A stretch of 64,000 bases of DNA. It comes from an uncultured Acidimicrobiia bacterium. Lineage in GTDB: Bacteria > Actinomycetota > Acidimicrobiia > Acidimicrobiales > AC-14. The stretch is taken from the NCBI GenBank assembly GCA_963836205.1, contig CAWIIV010000014.1:96001-160000 (forward strand). The letters are read 5' to 3'. The notes beneath the pieces were generated by a model, which was not told the DNA's origin, made no database searches, and saw nothing but the letters and a program-made list of their open reading frames with translations. Positions 21,118-31,994 of the stretch are shown one piece after another. Numbering within the stretch: position 1 is the stretch's first letter; each line of letters opens with the position of its first letter. The position numbers and the translations under genes are program-made.

Positions 21118-21369
21118 CTACTGGACTTCGGCGTCGGGCGGGGCCAGCTCGAAGGTCGTCTCGCCCTCCACCGCGGCCACGTCGTCGAGGGCGGTGATCG
21201 CCGCCCGCCTCTCGGCCGGCACCGACCCCACGATGATGCCGAGCGACCCGAGCACCTGGTCGACCGCCATCCCCTCGCCCTTGAGCCGCTCGACCACGTC
21301 ATCGATGCGCTCCAGTCCGCCGTCGGCGACCGTCACCGTCACCCGCTGCCCGTCGTCGGTCGAGGCCAT
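21118..21369 (-). CDS. 83-aa acidic protein coupled to the subtilase; possibly I9 propeptide/inhibitor-like
   Basis: TAATG overlap with the S8 gene; pattern VTVTVAD...LGIIVGSV...LDDVAAVE. Confidence 0.7.
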   Translation of the reverse strand: MASTDDGQRVTVTVADGGLERIDDVVERLKGEGMAVDQVLGSLGIIVGSVPAERRAAITALDDVAAVEGETTFELAPPDAEVQ

Positions 21370-22727
21370 TACTGGGGGGCCTGGGCCAGGCCGGCGCCGA
21401 CGTCGACCGACGGGAGGTTGAGGCGCTTGGCGGTACGGACCAGCGTCGACCACAGGGTGGCACCGGTGCCGCCGCCGGACTTGATCCACAGGGCGGCGAT
21501 GCCGGCCACGTGGGGCGTCGCCATGCTCGTGCCGGAGTGGGTGGCGTAGCGCTTGGGCATCGGGGTGGTGGAGTAGACGTCGACGCCGGGGCCGGCGATG
21601 TCGACGCCGCCGCCGCGGGCGAAGGGATTGCTGCGGGCGGAGAAGCTGGCGATCCCGAACCGGGGGTCGATGGCGGCGACGGCCATGATCGACCGGGAGT
21701 TGGCCGGGACACCGACGAAGCCCTTGTTCTTGGGCCGGTCGGCGTTGTTGCCGGCCGCAGCGATGATCAGCGACCCCGCCTCGAGGGCGCGGCGGCCGGC
21801 AGTCTCGTAGGCCGTCGACGCAAACCGGACGTCGGCACCGAGCGACATGGAGATGACCTGGCAGTGGTTGCGGACGGCCCAGTCGATCCCGGCCAGGATG
21901 GTGGAGTCGTCGCCCCGGCCGTTGGTGCCGAGCACCTTGCCGGCGAAGATCTCGGCCTCGCTGGCCACGCCGTAGCGGCGGCTGCCCGCCGGGCTCAGGG
22001 GGCCGCACGAGGTCCCGATGCAGTGGGTGCCGTGGCCGTGGCCGTCCTGGACGGTCTCCCCGGGCACGAACGACTGGCTGGTGATGCTGCGGCCGACGAA
22101 GTCGGGGTGGCGGAGGTCGAGTCCGGTGTCGAGCACGGCCAGCTTGATGGCGGTGCCCCGCTTGGACGACGTCGACGCGCCGGTGGCCTGCAGCCCCCAC
22201 GTGAACTGGGCGTTGTCGGCGAAGGCGCCGAACGCCATGGCCTCGATCCCCTCGTCGATGGCGTCGGAGAGGTCGAAGAGGTGCGCCGCCGCGTCGCGGT
22301 AGCCGCGCAGGTAGTCGACGGTCATGACCGCGCCCTCGTCGATGGCGTGCATGACCAGCTCCGGCTCGATGGCCAGGATGCGGGGGTCGGCGGCTGCCGA
22401 CTCGAGGATGGAGATGCCCGCCACACCGGTGCCGCCGCCGTCGCCGCTGATCACGGCCATGCCAAGCTCGGCGTAGACCACGGCGTCGGCCGTGGACACG
22501 GATTCCAGGTTCATCGCCCCCCCGTCGAAGTCACGGGTGCTGGCCACGCTCTGGCTACCCGCCACCGAGCGCAGGGCCTCGGCCTGGGCCTCCGGGTCGC
22601 CCTGGATCTCGTCGCTGAACGTGACGACGTACCGACCCGTCGTCTCGAATGGCTCGTCCGATCCGGACCCGCCGTTGCCGTTGCCGTTGCCGTTCCCGTT
22701 CCCGAACCCGCCTTGTGACATGGACAT
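21369..22727 (-). CDS. S8 subtilisin-like serine peptidase (no signal peptide)
   Basis: VLDTG, HGHGTH, AAAGN, SGTSMATPHVAG; GGAGGA RBS before ATG 22727. Confidence 0.95.
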   Translation of the reverse strand: MSMSQGGFGNGNGNGNGNGGSGSDEPFETTGRYVVTFSDEIQGDPEAQAEALRSVAGSQSVASTRDFDGGAMNLESVSTADAVVYAELGMAVISGDGGGTGVAGISILESAAADPRILAIEPELVMHAIDEGAVMTVDYLRGYRDAAAHLFDLSDAIDEGIEAMAFGAFADNAQFTWGLQATGASTSSKRGTAIKLAVLDTGLDLRHPDFVGRSITSQSFVPGETVQDGHGHGTHCIGTSCGPLSPAGSRRYGVASEAEIFAGKVLGTNGRGDDSTILAGIDWAVRNHCQVISMSLGADVRFASTAYETAGRRALEAGSLIIAAAGNNADRPKNKGFVGVPANSRSIMAVAAIDPRFGIASFSARSNPFARGGGVDIAGPGVDVYSTTPMPKRYATHSGTSMATPHVAGIAALWIKSGGGTGATLWSTLVRTAKRLNLPSVDVGAGLAQAPQ

Positions 22728-22888
22728 GTCGATTCCTCCGCTGATGGTGATCTTGTGCCGTAGAGCGCGCTCGGCGTCGAGAAATACGCCGGATTCGTCG
22801 CCGTATGGAGCCAAACGACTCATCAAGGCCGCAGCGGCCGCGGCCGATGCCTGGATTGGCCCATCGTCGGCTCCCGAGGGGATCTCCC

Positions 22889-24448
22889 ATGCGTCCTTCC
22901 ACTCTCCGTCGCCTGGTCGTCAGCGTGACCTTCGTCGCGTTCGCGGGCGGGCTCCTGTCCTCCGCCCCCAGCAGCCAGGCCGCGGCTGCGACGCAGACCG
23001 GGATGGTGCAAGGGGTCCGCGACGAACGCCGGGGCCTCGTCTACGACGGGCTGCAGCGACGGGCGGGTGGCCCGTGCGGCGACGCCTACGAGATCGTCGA
23101 GAGGATCGGCAACGGCCGCGTCCGCTGCTCCCACGGACCCGACCCCGCCCCCGACGGGGTGGACGTGAGGGTGCGCAAGGAGTTCGGGTCGGCCACCGGA
23201 TCTGCGCCCCAGGCGGCGGTGGCCGCGGCCCAGGCCGGGATCCCCTGCTTCGGTACGGGCAGCGACGGGTACCGGGTGCAGCTCGTCTACGTCCGCCTGG
23301 CCGGCTCGGTCGACCGGTCGGCGACCCTCTTTCCCAACTTCGTGACCTGGGCGGCCAACACCAACGCCGTGTTCCGCGACAGCGCGGCCCAGACGGGCGG
23401 GGTCCGCCACGTCCGCTACGTCACCGACGCCTCCTGCAACCTGGTGATCGCCAAGGCCGAGGTCTCGTCGACGGCCATGGGCAACTTCTCGAACTACGTC
23501 TCGGAGCTGAAGGCGCTCGGCTTCAACCGCTCCGACCGCAAGTACCTGACCTGGGCCGACGCCAACACCTACTGCGGGATCGGCGAGATCTACCTCGACG
23601 ACAAGCCTTCCGCCACGCCCGGCCTCTCGACCAGCAACTACAACAACGGCCACCCGCAGGTGAGCGGCGCCGTCTCCCGCACCGACAACGGCTGCTGGGG
23701 ACTGTCGCAGCCGGTCGAGGCCCACGAGCTGACCCACAACCTGGGCGGGGTGCAGCGCACCGCGCCCCACGCCACCACCGGCCTCCACTGCACCGACGAG
23801 TCCGACCGCATGTGCTACGTCGACGCCGGCGGCGTGGTGATGAACCAGGTCTGCGCCACCAGCAACGAGCGCCTGCTCGACTGCAACCACGACGACTACT
23901 TCAGCACCAGCCCGGTCGGCGGCAGCTACCTGGCCACCCACTGGAATGTCGCCAGCAGCGCCTTCCTGGCCCCGTCCGACCCGACGACCACCACCACCAC
24001 GACCGTCCCCCCGCCGACGACGACGACCGTGCCGCCGACGACCACGACCACCATCCCGCCGACGACCACGACGACCACGACGACCACGACCGTGCCGCCG
24101 ACGACCACGACCGTTCCCCCGACGACGACCACCCGGCCACCGACGACGACCACCACCGTGGTGGCGGCGACGCCGTCGGCCCCCCGGAACCTGAAGGCCA
24201 CCCGACCGGTCTTCACCCGGGGCGTGAACCTCACTTGGCAGGCGCCGACCAAGGGCCCGGTGACCGGCTACAACGTCTACCGCCGGACCGGTTCGGGCTC
24301 GTTCGTCAAGATCGCCGACCTGGGCAAGGTCACCAGCTGGTCCGACACCGGGACCGTCTCGGGGACCTCGTACACCTACACGGTGTCGGCCGAGAACGGC
24401 CCCCGGGAAGGTCCCAAGTCGAACCAGTCGACGGCGACCGCGAGGTAG
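22889..24448 (+). CDS. Secreted zinc-metallopeptidase-like protein with Thr/Pro linker and FN3 domain (copy 1)
   Basis: Signal peptide; EAHELTHNLG (HExxH); Cys-rich; PTTTT linker; PSAPRNL...GYNVYR...YTYTVSAEN FN3. Confidence 0.8.
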   Translation: MRPSTLRRLVVSVTFVAFAGGLLSSAPSSQAAAATQTGMVQGVRDERRGLVYDGLQRRAGGPCGDAYEIVERIGNGRVRCSHGPDPAPDGVDVRVRKEFGSATGSAPQAAVAAAQAGIPCFGTGSDGYRVQLVYVRLAGSVDRSATLFPNFVTWAANTNAVFRDSAAQTGGVRHVRYVTDASCNLVIAKAEVSSTAMGNFSNYVSELKALGFNRSDRKYLTWADANTYCGIGEIYLDDKPSATPGLSTSNYNNGHPQVSGAVSRTDNGCWGLSQPVEAHELTHNLGGVQRTAPHATTGLHCTDESDRMCYVDAGGVVMNQVCATSNERLLDCNHDDYFSTSPVGGSYLATHWNVASSAFLAPSDPTTTTTTTVPPPTTTTVPPTTTTTIPPTTTTTTTTTTVPPTTTTVPPTTTTRPPTTTTTVVAATPSAPRNLKATRPVFTRGVNLTWQAPTKGPVTGYNVYRRTGSGSFVKIADLGKVTSWSDTGTVSGTSYTYTVSAENGPREGPKSNQSTATAR

Positions 24449-24519
24449 GCGGGCGGCCGGTCGGCCTGACGGGCGGCCTCACCCCCCGGTAGCGTGAGCC
24501 GGTCCCTCGGGGGTGACCG

Positions 24520-26182
24520 TTGCGCCGAACCTTCCTGATCGTGCTGACCGCGGTGGCCTTGGGCGCGACCCTGCTGACGGCCGCCCCGGTACAGGGCCAG
24601 ACCGTTCCTCCGTCCCGGGAGACCCGTGACGAGACGGTCCAGGCCCTGCGGGACGAACGGCGGGGCATGGTCTACGACGGGCTGCGCCTGCGCCCCGGGG
24701 GGCCCTGCGGCGACGCCTTCGAGATCGTCGAGGACGCACCCCTCGGCCGCACCCGCTGCTCCCACGGCCCCGACCCCGCCCCCGACGGTGTCGACGTGCG
24801 GGTGCACCGGGACTTCGGCGCGGCCGACCCGGCGGGCGCCATCCCCCAGCCGGGGGTGGCCGCGGCCCAGTCCGGCATCCCCTGCTACGGCACCGGGAGC
24901 GACGGGTACCGGGTCCAGCTCCTCTACGTGCGCCTGAAGGGCAGCACCGACAAGTCGACCACCTACTTCCCCAACTTCGCCGGTTGGGCGGCCGCGGCCA
25001 ACTCCATCTACAAGGACAGCGCGGCCAAGACCGGAGGGGATCCGCAACATCCGCTTCGTCACCGATGCCGGGTGCAACCTCGCGATCGCCAAGGCGGAGG
25101 TCTCGTTCGCGGCTATCAGCAGCCTTTCCGGCATGGTCAACGAGTTGACCGGCAAGGGCTTCAACCGGACCGACCGCAAGTACCTGGCGTGGGTCGACGA
25201 CAACACCTACTGCGGCATGGGCGAGATCTACACCGACACCCGGGCTACGGCGACGCCCGGGCTGTCGACGAGCAACTACAACAACGCCAACCCCCAGGTG
25301 CGGGCCACGTTCGCACGGGTCGACAACGCCTGCTGGGGGCGCCCGGAGTCGGTCGAGGCCCACGAGCTGACCCACATGCTGGGCGGGGTGCAGACGAGCG
25401 CACCCCACGCCACTCGTGGCTTCCACTGCCGGGACGAGTCCGACCGCATGTGCTACGTCGACGGCGCCGGCGTCACCATGAGCCAGGTCTGCCCGGTGGT
25501 CAACGAACGCCTGCTCGACTGCAACGGCGACGACTACTTCAACACCAACCCGCCCGCCGGCTCGTGGCTGGCCACCCACTGGAACGTGGCCAGCAGCGCC
25601 TTCCTGGCTCCGACCAACCCCGGCAACCCCCCACCACCGCCGACAACGACCACCAGCACCACCCGGCCGCCGACCACGACGACGACCACCCGGCCGCCGA
25701 CCACGACGACGACCACCCGGCCGCCGACCACGACCACCACCACCCGGCCGCCGCCGACCACCACGCCGACCACCACCCCGCCGACGACTGCCACGACTAC
25801 GACCGTCCCCGGGATCACCCCGTCCGCGCCCCGCACCTTGACCGCCCGCTCGTTCGGATCGGGCGTCCTGCTGTACTGGTCGGCGCCCGCCACCGGCCCG
25901 GTCACCGGCTACAACGTCTACCGGAAGGCCGGCACGGGCTCGTTCGCCAAGATCGCCGACATCGGGACGACCATCACCTACACCGACGCCACCGGACTGG
26001 CCGGCGTCACCTACACCTACGCCGTCTCCGCCGAGAACGGCCCCACCCGGGAAGGCCCGCTGTCGAACCAGGTGAGCGCGGCCCGGTCAGCGCGGGCCCT
26101 CAGGAACGCGGGCCCGGGAGGTTGCGGAGGAGCGGGGGGGTCAGCGGACAGTGCGGTTCGTGATCATGGATTGGTCCTCTGA
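24520..26182 (+). CDS. Paralogous secreted HExxH/FN3 protein (copy 2), frameshift near 25038
   Basis: EAHELTHMLG; collinear with copy 1; frame break at G-run ggagggga. Confidence 0.78.
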
Positions 26183-26199
26183 CCAAGGCAAGCGCTGGA

Positions 26200-26246
26200 G
26201 CTTCTGGAGCAAAAACGACATCTGGTGTCGCTTTTGCTCCAGAAGC
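26200..26246. terminator. Long hairpin between convergent genes (terminator or REP-like)
   Basis: gcttctggagcaaaa/ttttgctccagaagc 15-bp arms plus inner cgaca/tgtcg. Confidence 0.7.
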
Positions 26247-26328
26247 GCTGGCGGCGCAACCCGACAGCCGCTCGATCTCGACCGCTCCTCGGGTGGATTG
26301 GGGTCAGCTGACGGCCCGAATGGCTGGG

Positions 26329-27168
26329 TCAGCGGCGGCGGCCGGCGCGGTCGAGGGCCCGCAGGGGTGGGAAGAGGTCGATCACCCGGCTGAACGACAC
26401 CAGCTCGCCGGCCACGTTGAGGGTCACCAGGGCCACGAGGACCACGTCGCGCACACCCGCACCGGTGGTCAGGACCACGGCCAGGCCCAGGACGGCCCCC
26501 AGAGGGTTGGCGCCGGCGTCGCCGAGCATCAGCCGCTCGTGGAGGTCGTCGGTGAGCAGGCCGGCGGCGGCGCCGACCACCACCGCCACCGCGACCAGCT
26601 CGGGGGCGGCGCCGACGCCGAGCAGCAGGAGGACGAAGATGGCGCCCGCGGCCTTCGTCGTGCGCCCCGGCGCCCGGTCGAGGAGGTTGGCCATGTTGGC
26701 GGCCAGGGCCACGACGAGAGCGTCGGCGATCAGCCGGCCCGGCGAACGCCCGACCTGAGGGGCCACGACGAGCAGGGCCACTGCGCCACCACCGGCCAGC
26801 TTCAGCAACCCGCTGGTGACCTGGCCCGCCAGCAACGCCGTTCCGTGGCCGCGGAAGCCCTTGTGCTGCGCCGAGCCCAGCACGTCGTCGAGCAGGCCAA
26901 GGACGCCGTAGCCGAGGACCGCCACCAGGACCAGGACCCGGGGTCGGTTGAGGCCCAGGTCGCCCACGCCGAAGGAGGCAGCCAGGGCCCGTCCCCCCTC
27001 GACCGCCAGCACGACGAGGGGCAGCACCACGCCGGCGGCGGTGGGCAGGGTGGCGCCCCGGTAGTTGGTACGGGTGAGGCTCGGGGACTCGAACATCGGA
27101 GCCAGCCCCAACCACAGCAGCCGGGCCATCAGCAGGCCGACCAGCAGCCCCGCGGCGACGGCCGTCAC
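26329..27168 (-). CDS. MraY/WecA-like glycosyltransferase family 4 membrane protein
   Basis: RTNYRG, GLLDD, ANMANLLDRAPGR, MLGDAGANPLG. Confidence 0.85.
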   Translation of the reverse strand: MTAVAAGLLVGLLMARLLWLGLAPMFESPSLTRTNYRGATLPTAAGVVLPLVVLAVEGGRALAASFGVGDLGLNRPRVLVLVAVLGYGVLGLLDDVLGSAQHKGFRGHGTALLAGQVTSGLLKLAGGGAVALLVVAPQVGRSPGRLIADALVVALAANMANLLDRAPGRTTKAAGAIFVLLLLGVGAAPELVAVAVVVGAAAGLLTDDLHERLMLGDAGANPLGAVLGLAVVLTTGAGVRDVVLVALVTLNVAGELVSFSRVIDLFPPLRALDRAGRRR

Positions 27169-27217
27169 CGGTCCACCCCGCGGTCGCGCGCCGCAGCCCG
27201 ACCGGCCGACACCTGGG

Positions 27218-30200
27218 TCACCGGGCCTCGGTGGGCTGAGGTTGGGCCGGGGGCGGCGGCGAGGGCGAGTCCAGGTCGAGGGCGGGCTCCAGCAGCGCCG
27301 GCCGCCGCCCGCTCCCGTCCTCGGACAGGGCGAGGAGGGTCAGGAAGGGCGCCACGAAGACCAGGACGAGGGCGGTGACCACGATGCCGGAGTCGTTCAC
27401 CGCGCAGCCGAGGAGGCCGGCGGCCACCGCGGCCACCACCCCGATGCGGCGGGGGGAGCGGGGCGGGAGCAGGTCGTCGACCCGCAGCCGCCAGGCGAGC
27501 AGGCCGAGGACGAAGGCGGCCACGATCGGCACCAGCCAGGCCCAGATCGACGCCCGGAACACCCGGACGTTGGCCTCCGCCTTGCGGGCGATGGTGGTGC
27601 CGAGCTGGCCGTGGCCGTCGATGGTGTCGGCCACGACCCGGCCCAGGTGGGTGCGGGCCTCGGGCGGGCGGAGGAGGTCGATGCCGGCCGCGATCCCGAG
27701 CACGGCCAGCGTGGCCACCAGCGCCACCGCCACCACCCGCCCCGTGATCCGGCGGCCGGACAACGCCACGAGGGTGAGGGCGAACACCGGCCCCAGGGTG
27801 AGGACCCCACCCACGTCGTCGCCCAGGGTGGGGGCGCCGTCGAGGACGAGCACGAGGGCGAAGAGGGCGGCCACCGCCACCAGCGCCTCCCGCCGGCGGG
27901 GGCGCGCTCGAAGTGGAGGACACCGGCCAGGATGGTCGTGCCCGCCAGCACCGCGAAGGCGCTGTTGCCCAGCCCGTAGAAGCGGGCCGCGGTGTGGGGC
28001 GAGTAGCCGAGGACAGAGGCCGTCTGCAACCGGGCCCCGGTGGCGACGTCGAGGGCGAGGACGGCCACGGTCGCTCCCATCACCCACGCCAGGGGCGACA
28101 GCGGGTGGCGACGGGCCCGGACGGCGAGGGCCACGATGGCGGCGTCGATGGCCACCAGGAGGCCGGCGCCGGCCGGGCCGAGGGCGGGGGCGAACGGCAC
28201 CGCCCGGAGCAGGAACGTGGCCAGGGGGAAGGCGGCGAAAGCGATGACGCCCAGGCGGACGATGGTGGCGGCATCGGTCGCGGTCGGCCACCATCCGTCC
28301 GGGAGCGGCCATCGGCCCCCCGCCGGCTGCCCCGACAAGGCCGACGCCCCGGCCCCCGACGTCCGGTCCCTCGACGCCCCGGGGCCCGACGCCCCCGTCC
28401 CGGCCGACCCGGGCCCCGCCGCACCGGCAGCCGCCGCCTCCCCGGCCGTCCCTACCGCCCTCGCCCCCGCCGGGCCGGTCCTCCGCCGGCTACCGAACAC
28501 GACGAGGGCCAGGGCGTAGACCAGCCCCTGGGCGACGACGAACCCGGCCGCGACCCGGAAGTAGATCCGCTCCCGGTAGGCGGCGTCGCGGTCGAGCCGG
28601 GCCAGGCGTTCGACCCGGGGCGCCGTCGTCGAGAAGCGCAGCGGGTGCCCGATCATCGCCACCGGCACCGGCGCGCCCACGGCCGCCAGCACCGTGGGGG
28701 CGACGTCGGTGAGCGTCACCAGGCCCAGCCGCTTGGTCGACGGTGACGCCAGCGTGCCCGGCACCACGCCCGGACCGGCCGCCACCACCGGCGTCAGCCG
28801 CCACTCCTCGTCGGGCGGGACCACCGACACGATCAGCACCAGCGTCGTCGGTTCGAGTCCGGCCACGATGCGGCCGAGGACGGCGTCGGTGTCCTCCAGG
28901 GCGAAGTCGCGGGACAGATCGCCGAACCCGGGCAGCGCCACCTCCTCCCAGTCCTCGGCCCGGGTCATGTCCCCCGGGTCGACGATGACCACGTCGGCCT
29001 CGTCCAATGCCCGGAGGGTGGCACCCGCCACCTGCTCGGGGTCGGCCCGCTCGTCGAACGGTGCCCCCGCGTCGAGCATGAGGAGGTCGGTGTCCACCCG
29101 GCCGGTGTCGACCACGCCCGCCCGGTCCATCAGGGCGAGCGCCGCCGGTCGGAACCGGGCCGGTCGGTCCTCGAGGATGCCCGGCCAGGTCAGCCCCTCG
29201 GCGATGTCGGACACCCCCACCACCGCCGTCGTGCGGCCGGCGGCGTGCAGCGCCTCGCCCAGGTCGCCGGGCAGGGTGGGGAGGTGGCGGCCCGCCGACC
29301 GGCGGATGTCGGCCGCGTCGGCGACCACGATCGGTCGGTCTCCGTCGGGCTCGACCCGGGCCGCGGCCTCGTCGGACACTCGCACCCGTGCGCCCGCACC
29401 CAGGGTGGCGTAGCCCTCGGCCACCGACGGGTGGGACGACCCCGTGCGCACGCTCATCGCCCCCAGGGAGCCGGCGTCGATCAGCCGGTCGAGGTTGGGC
29501 ATGGTGCCGTTGCCGACGTCGTCCCACCCCAGGCCGGGGACGCCCACCAGCAGCACCTTGGACGCGGTGGCGGTGGAGGCGACCGTGTCGGGCTCCCACT
29601 GCGAGCCGGACCAGGCCATTCCCAGCAGGACCAGTACCAGGGCGCCGACGATGACCGCCATCCGGACCCGGGCCGACGTGAGCCGCACCCAGAGGGCGCG
29701 GGCGATGTCGACGCCCTGCCGGCCCCGGTGGACGAAACCCTGGAGGCGCCGGCCGGTGTGGCGATGGTCCATGACCACCGGCATCTCCTCCACCCGGGCA
29801 CCGGCCCGGACGGCGTCGATGGTGAAGGCGGTCTCCAACCCGAAGCGGGCCGCCAACTCGAGGGTGCGGAGGAGCTCGCCCCGCACCGCCCGCTGGCCGG
29901 ACAGCGGCGCCTGGGCGGCGAAGCCGCAGGCCCGCTCGATGCCCGCCGCCGCCAGCCGGCGCACGAGCCCGAACCCGCCCCGGCCGCCGGCCCCGGGGAG
30001 GACCCCGATCACCACGTCGGCCCGGCCCGCGAGGACCGGTTCGAGGAGGGCCCCGGCGGCGGCCGCGGTGACGCCGACGTCGGCGTCGACCAGCAGGTAG
30101 ACGTCGGTCTCCGAGCTGGTGGCCACCCCGGCTGCCACCGCCCCGCCCTTGCCCACGTTGGCCGGCAGGCGCAGCACCCACGCCCCCGCCTGGATCGCGG

Positions 30201-30366
30201 CCGACGAGGTGTCGTCGGTGGACCCGTCGTCGACCACCAGGACCTCGTCGACGTCGGGCAGGGACCGCAAGGCGGCGACGGTGGCCCCGACGGTGTCGGC
30301 CCGGTCCTTGGCCGCCACCAGGGCCACCACCCGCGGCCGGCCGGGCGCGACCTCGTTGGTGGTCAC
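27218..30366 (-). CDS. GT2 glycosyltransferase fused to an alkaline-phosphatase-like, multi-TM domain; frameshift near 27900
   Basis: VVDDGSTD, NVGKG, VDAD, LSGQR; then ASPSTKRLGLVTLTDVAPT and RFYGLGN; C-terminus NDSGIVV in a second frame. Confidence 0.75.
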
Positions 30367-31994
30367 GGGGCGTCCAGGGCGGGAACGAGGTGGGTGCGGT
30401 CGAGCTCGGGCGCCCGCAGCAGCCGCTGGACGCCCAGATAGGCGGCCAGCCCGGCGCCGCCGGCGACCACCAGGGTGACGGCGGCACCGGCCCGGGATTC
30501 GCTGCCCACCGCCCGGGCGACGACCGCCGCCGCCCCGGCCGCCACCGTCGCCGCCAACGCGGCCCGGGCCCCGGCCGCGGCCACCGGCACCGGCTCGCCC
30601 ACCCGCCGGCGGACGAGCACCAGCAGGACGCAGGCGCCGACCACCATCGCCACCGAGTGGGCCACCCCCAGGACGACCACCCGGCCGTCGCCGGTGGCGG
30701 ACACGAACCCGGCCACCATGAGCGCGGAGCCCCCGATCGCCACCCCCAGGCCGACGAGGGCGGGCGTCCGCACGTCTCCGGCGGCGTAGGAGGCCCGGGT
30801 GAGGAGGTGGATCCCGGCGTAGCCGGTGATCCCGAAGGCGTAGGCGGCGAGCACGCCGGCCACCAGGCGGGCGCCGTCGGAGTCGAGGGCGCCGATCCGG
30901 ATGAGGCGCAGGGCGGGGCCGCCGAGAACGGCCAGCAGGGCGGTGGCGGGAACGGTCCAGAACACGATGGTGCGGGCCCCCTGCCCGAGGGCACCCGCGA
31001 ACGTCGCCCACCGGCGCTCGACCGCAGCCGCGGCCAGGCGCGGGTAGAGGGTGGTGAGCACCGGATGGGCGAACAGGGCGTGCGGGAACAGGAACATGGT
31101 GAAGGCGATCTGGAACGCCACCACCCCGCCCTCCACCCGGTTGGCCAGGACCAACGTGGTGGCCAGCAGGACCTGGGAGGCGGCCAGCGACGCCGCCCCC
31201 CACAGCCCGGCCCGGCCGATCGCCTTCAGCCCCGGGTGGTGAGGGTCCCATCGAGGCCGCAGCCGCAGACCCGCCCGCCAGGCGGCCACCACCGGCACCG
31301 CGGTCATGGCCACCACCCCGGCCGTGGTCCCCAGCGCCAGCAGCAGCCGGGGACCGAGGTCGAGCTGGAGGCCGGCGCCCCGTCCCCCGTCGTGGGTGAC
31401 GGCCCAGAACAGGCCCATGGTGGCGATGACGGCCAGGTTGTTGGCGACGGGAGCCAGGGCGGCGGCGGCGAAGCGGCGGGCGGAGTGGAGCACGGCCGTG
31501 GCCACCGCCCCCACCACGTAGAGAAGCACCTGGGGGATGAAGAACACCAGGAGGAACGACCCCAGGCGGATCTCGGCCTGGCGGACCTCGGCGTCGGGGA
31601 CGGCGACGGTGAGGGCGCGCATGATCCACGGCCGGGCCACCAGGCCGGCGACGGTGACCACGGCCATCACCGCCAACGTCATCCCCAGGAGGGCGCCGGC
31701 CAGGCGCTCGACGTCGCGCCGGCCGTCGCCGTCGGCCCCGCCCCGGTCGGCCTGGAGGAGGGCCACGAAGGGTGGTACCAGCACCGACGAGAGCATCCCC
31801 GCCGCCAGCAGCTCGAAGAGGAGGTTGGAGACGAGGTTGGCCGTCTGGTACACGTTGCCCAGGAAGGTGGTGCCGAGGGCGCCGCCGATGGCCAGCACCC
31901 GCAGCAGGCCGGTGGCGCGGGACACCACGTTGGCCGCCGTCACCTGGGCCGTGGGTCCGGTGAAGGCCGCCCGCCGGGACGGGGGGGCGGTCAC
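30363..31994 (-). CDS. murJ: Lipid II flippase MurJ/MviN family
   Basis: SRATGLLRV, YQTANLVSNLLFELLAAG, APVANN; about 14 TMs. Confidence 0.88.
   Translation of the reverse strand: MTAPPSRRAAFTGPTAQVTAANVVSRATGLLRVLAIGGALGTTFLGNVYQTANLVSNLLFELLAAGMLSSVLVPPFVALLQADRGGADGDGRRDVERLAGALLGMTLAVMAVVTVAGLVARPWIMRALTVAVPDAEVRQAEIRLGSFLLVFFIPQVLLYVVGAVATAVLHSARRFAAAALAPVANNLAVIATMGLFWAVTHDGGRGAGLQLDLGPRLLLALGTTAGVVAMTAVPVVAAWRAGLRLRPRWDPHHPGLKAIGRAGLWGAASLAASQVLLATTLVLANRVEGGVVAFQIAFTMFLFPHALFAHPVLTTLYPRLAAAAVERRWATFAGALGQGARTIVFWTVPATALLAVLGGPALRLIRIGALDSDGARLVAGVLAAYAFGITGYAGIHLLTRASYAAGDVRTPALVGLGVAIGGSALMVAGFVSATGDGRVVVLGVAHSVAMVVGACVLLVLVRRRVGEPVPVAAAGARAALAATVAAGAAAVVARAVGSESRAGAAVTLVVAGGAGLAAYLGVQRLLRAPELDRTHLVPALDAP

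Noticed and set aside
23985-25805. acc/acg-rich repeat tracts as non-coding arrays
   Set aside because: They encode the Thr/Pro linkers of the two secreted proteins.
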